A stretch of DNA of 64,000 nt from NCBI RefSeq assembly GCF_001447785.1, contig NW_015174272.1, forward strand, positions 1,094,584-1,158,583, in the 5' to 3' direction. The notes under the pieces were generated by a model. The model was not told the origin of the DNA and searched no databases. It worked only from the letters and a program-made list of their open reading frames with translations. The position numbers and the translations under genes are program-made. How positions within the stretch are numbered: position 1 is the stretch's first letter; every line of letters starts with the position of its first letter. Below are positions 63,041-64,000 of this stretch, in pieces. This stretch comes from Gekko japonicus. Taxonomy: Eukaryota.

Positions 63041-64000
63041 CTGTGGACACAAGGAGGGGGCGATAATAAGACCGGAGTCCCGGAGAGAGTCCCCTCTCCC
63101 CCCAGCCGCTGCTCAAGTGACAACACAGACACACTTCCCAGAGTGAGAAGGCTCCTCTGGGAATCTGGGCCCCGACCTCCACCTCCGAGCCCTTTGTCCG
63201 GGGAAAAGGCAGGAAACCCAGCCCCCCGGGGCCCTCCCCATCTTCGCCGCCTTGAGCTGCAAGCCTAGCCCTGGCAGCCCGTCCCCTCCCGGCACCCGTT
63301 TAATGACGCTGCGCCCAGAGCCTGGAATAAAATCCAGGAGCCCCATCTCCCCCTCTGCACGTATCAATAAGTAATGCCCATTTAATGAAGCCTCCAGTGC
63401 TTCCTCTCTTCTCCACAGACACTTAATATTTAATCTTACATTGCTCCATAAATCCAAGTCCAAAGATATACACGTTACACATTACACATGAATGTAACAC
63501 ACAGCTAAATTAAACCCCCATTCTGTAAGGATGGAACCAGTCCTCTTTCCTACGTTCTCATGAAAAGGGCAGGCCCACCACACCTCCCCCGGAGGTTCCC
63601 GTGCAGCACGGACTCGTTGGCCTCTCGCCACGAGGACCCAGCGCTTCGGTGTGTGGAACGTGGGCCCTCTGTCTCGCAATGAATTGTGAGGACGTCCTCA
63701 GCAGGACTCCTCGGGACTCGAGCCTCAGAGGTGGGGGCAGAGTTACCAGCAACAGGGCACAAACGGCAGAAAAATAAGGCAGATCACTGGCCTGTTCCTC
63801 ACAGTGCTTTCAACAAGTGCCTTTCAGGCACGCCCGACTCCAGTTACAAATGCAGAGAAGGATGAGACGGTTTAATCCTTCCAACCTTGCATGTTTTTGC
63901 CTATCGAGCCCACAGCACACGAAATCCTATTAGTCTTGGAAGGGAAAAGGGATGGGCAAGACCTGGTTTTTTCTCTCCAAGCCTTACAGAGCAATGTGAG

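Noticed and set aside
1-64000. CRISPR arrays, operons, rRNA or other prokaryotic-type systems
   Set aside because: The window is spliced vertebrate DNA; its repeats are dispersed transposons with TSDs, not repeat-spacer arrays

Overview
This is vertebrate genomic DNA, very likely a squamate. Gecko-type Squam3-like SINEs and a Sauria SINE point that way, and five N-gaps indicate a draft assembly. Two genes are read directly from the sequence. TMBIM6 (Bax inhibitor-1, + strand) is complete: CpG-island promoter at ~37.2-38.2 kb, non-coding exon 1, nine coding exons from 45716 to 52591 giving 237 aa, and a polyA signal at 53879. NCKAP5L (- strand) is represented by its last three coding exons and 3' UTR. 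A second CpG island at ~26.1-27.9 kb is probably the 5' end of FMNL3 (- strand). That call rests on synteny only; its first coding exon would lie in the 26176-26340 gap, and 1-26 kb would be FMNL3 intron 1. The rest is transposon-rich: hAT MITEs with 8-bp TSDs, a hAT transposase fossil, a two-gene Harbinger fossil, CR1, SINEs, LTR-like pieces and a 1.3-kb polyA/TSD-bounded L1-type non-autonomous element. I see no proof of a new biological system. The best leads are: (i) a ~2.45-kb near-perfect palindrome apparently made by fold-back inside a CR1 LINE; (ii) a frame-preserving 120-nt candidate NCKAP5L cassette exon enclosed by an inverted MITE pair; (iii) the apparently full-length short L1-type element with one ORF; (iv) an in-frame, stop-free TMBIM6 intron; (v) a candidate MGC-starting alternative first exon at 10.3 kb. 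All family and gene names come from recalled sequence knowledge, not database searches.
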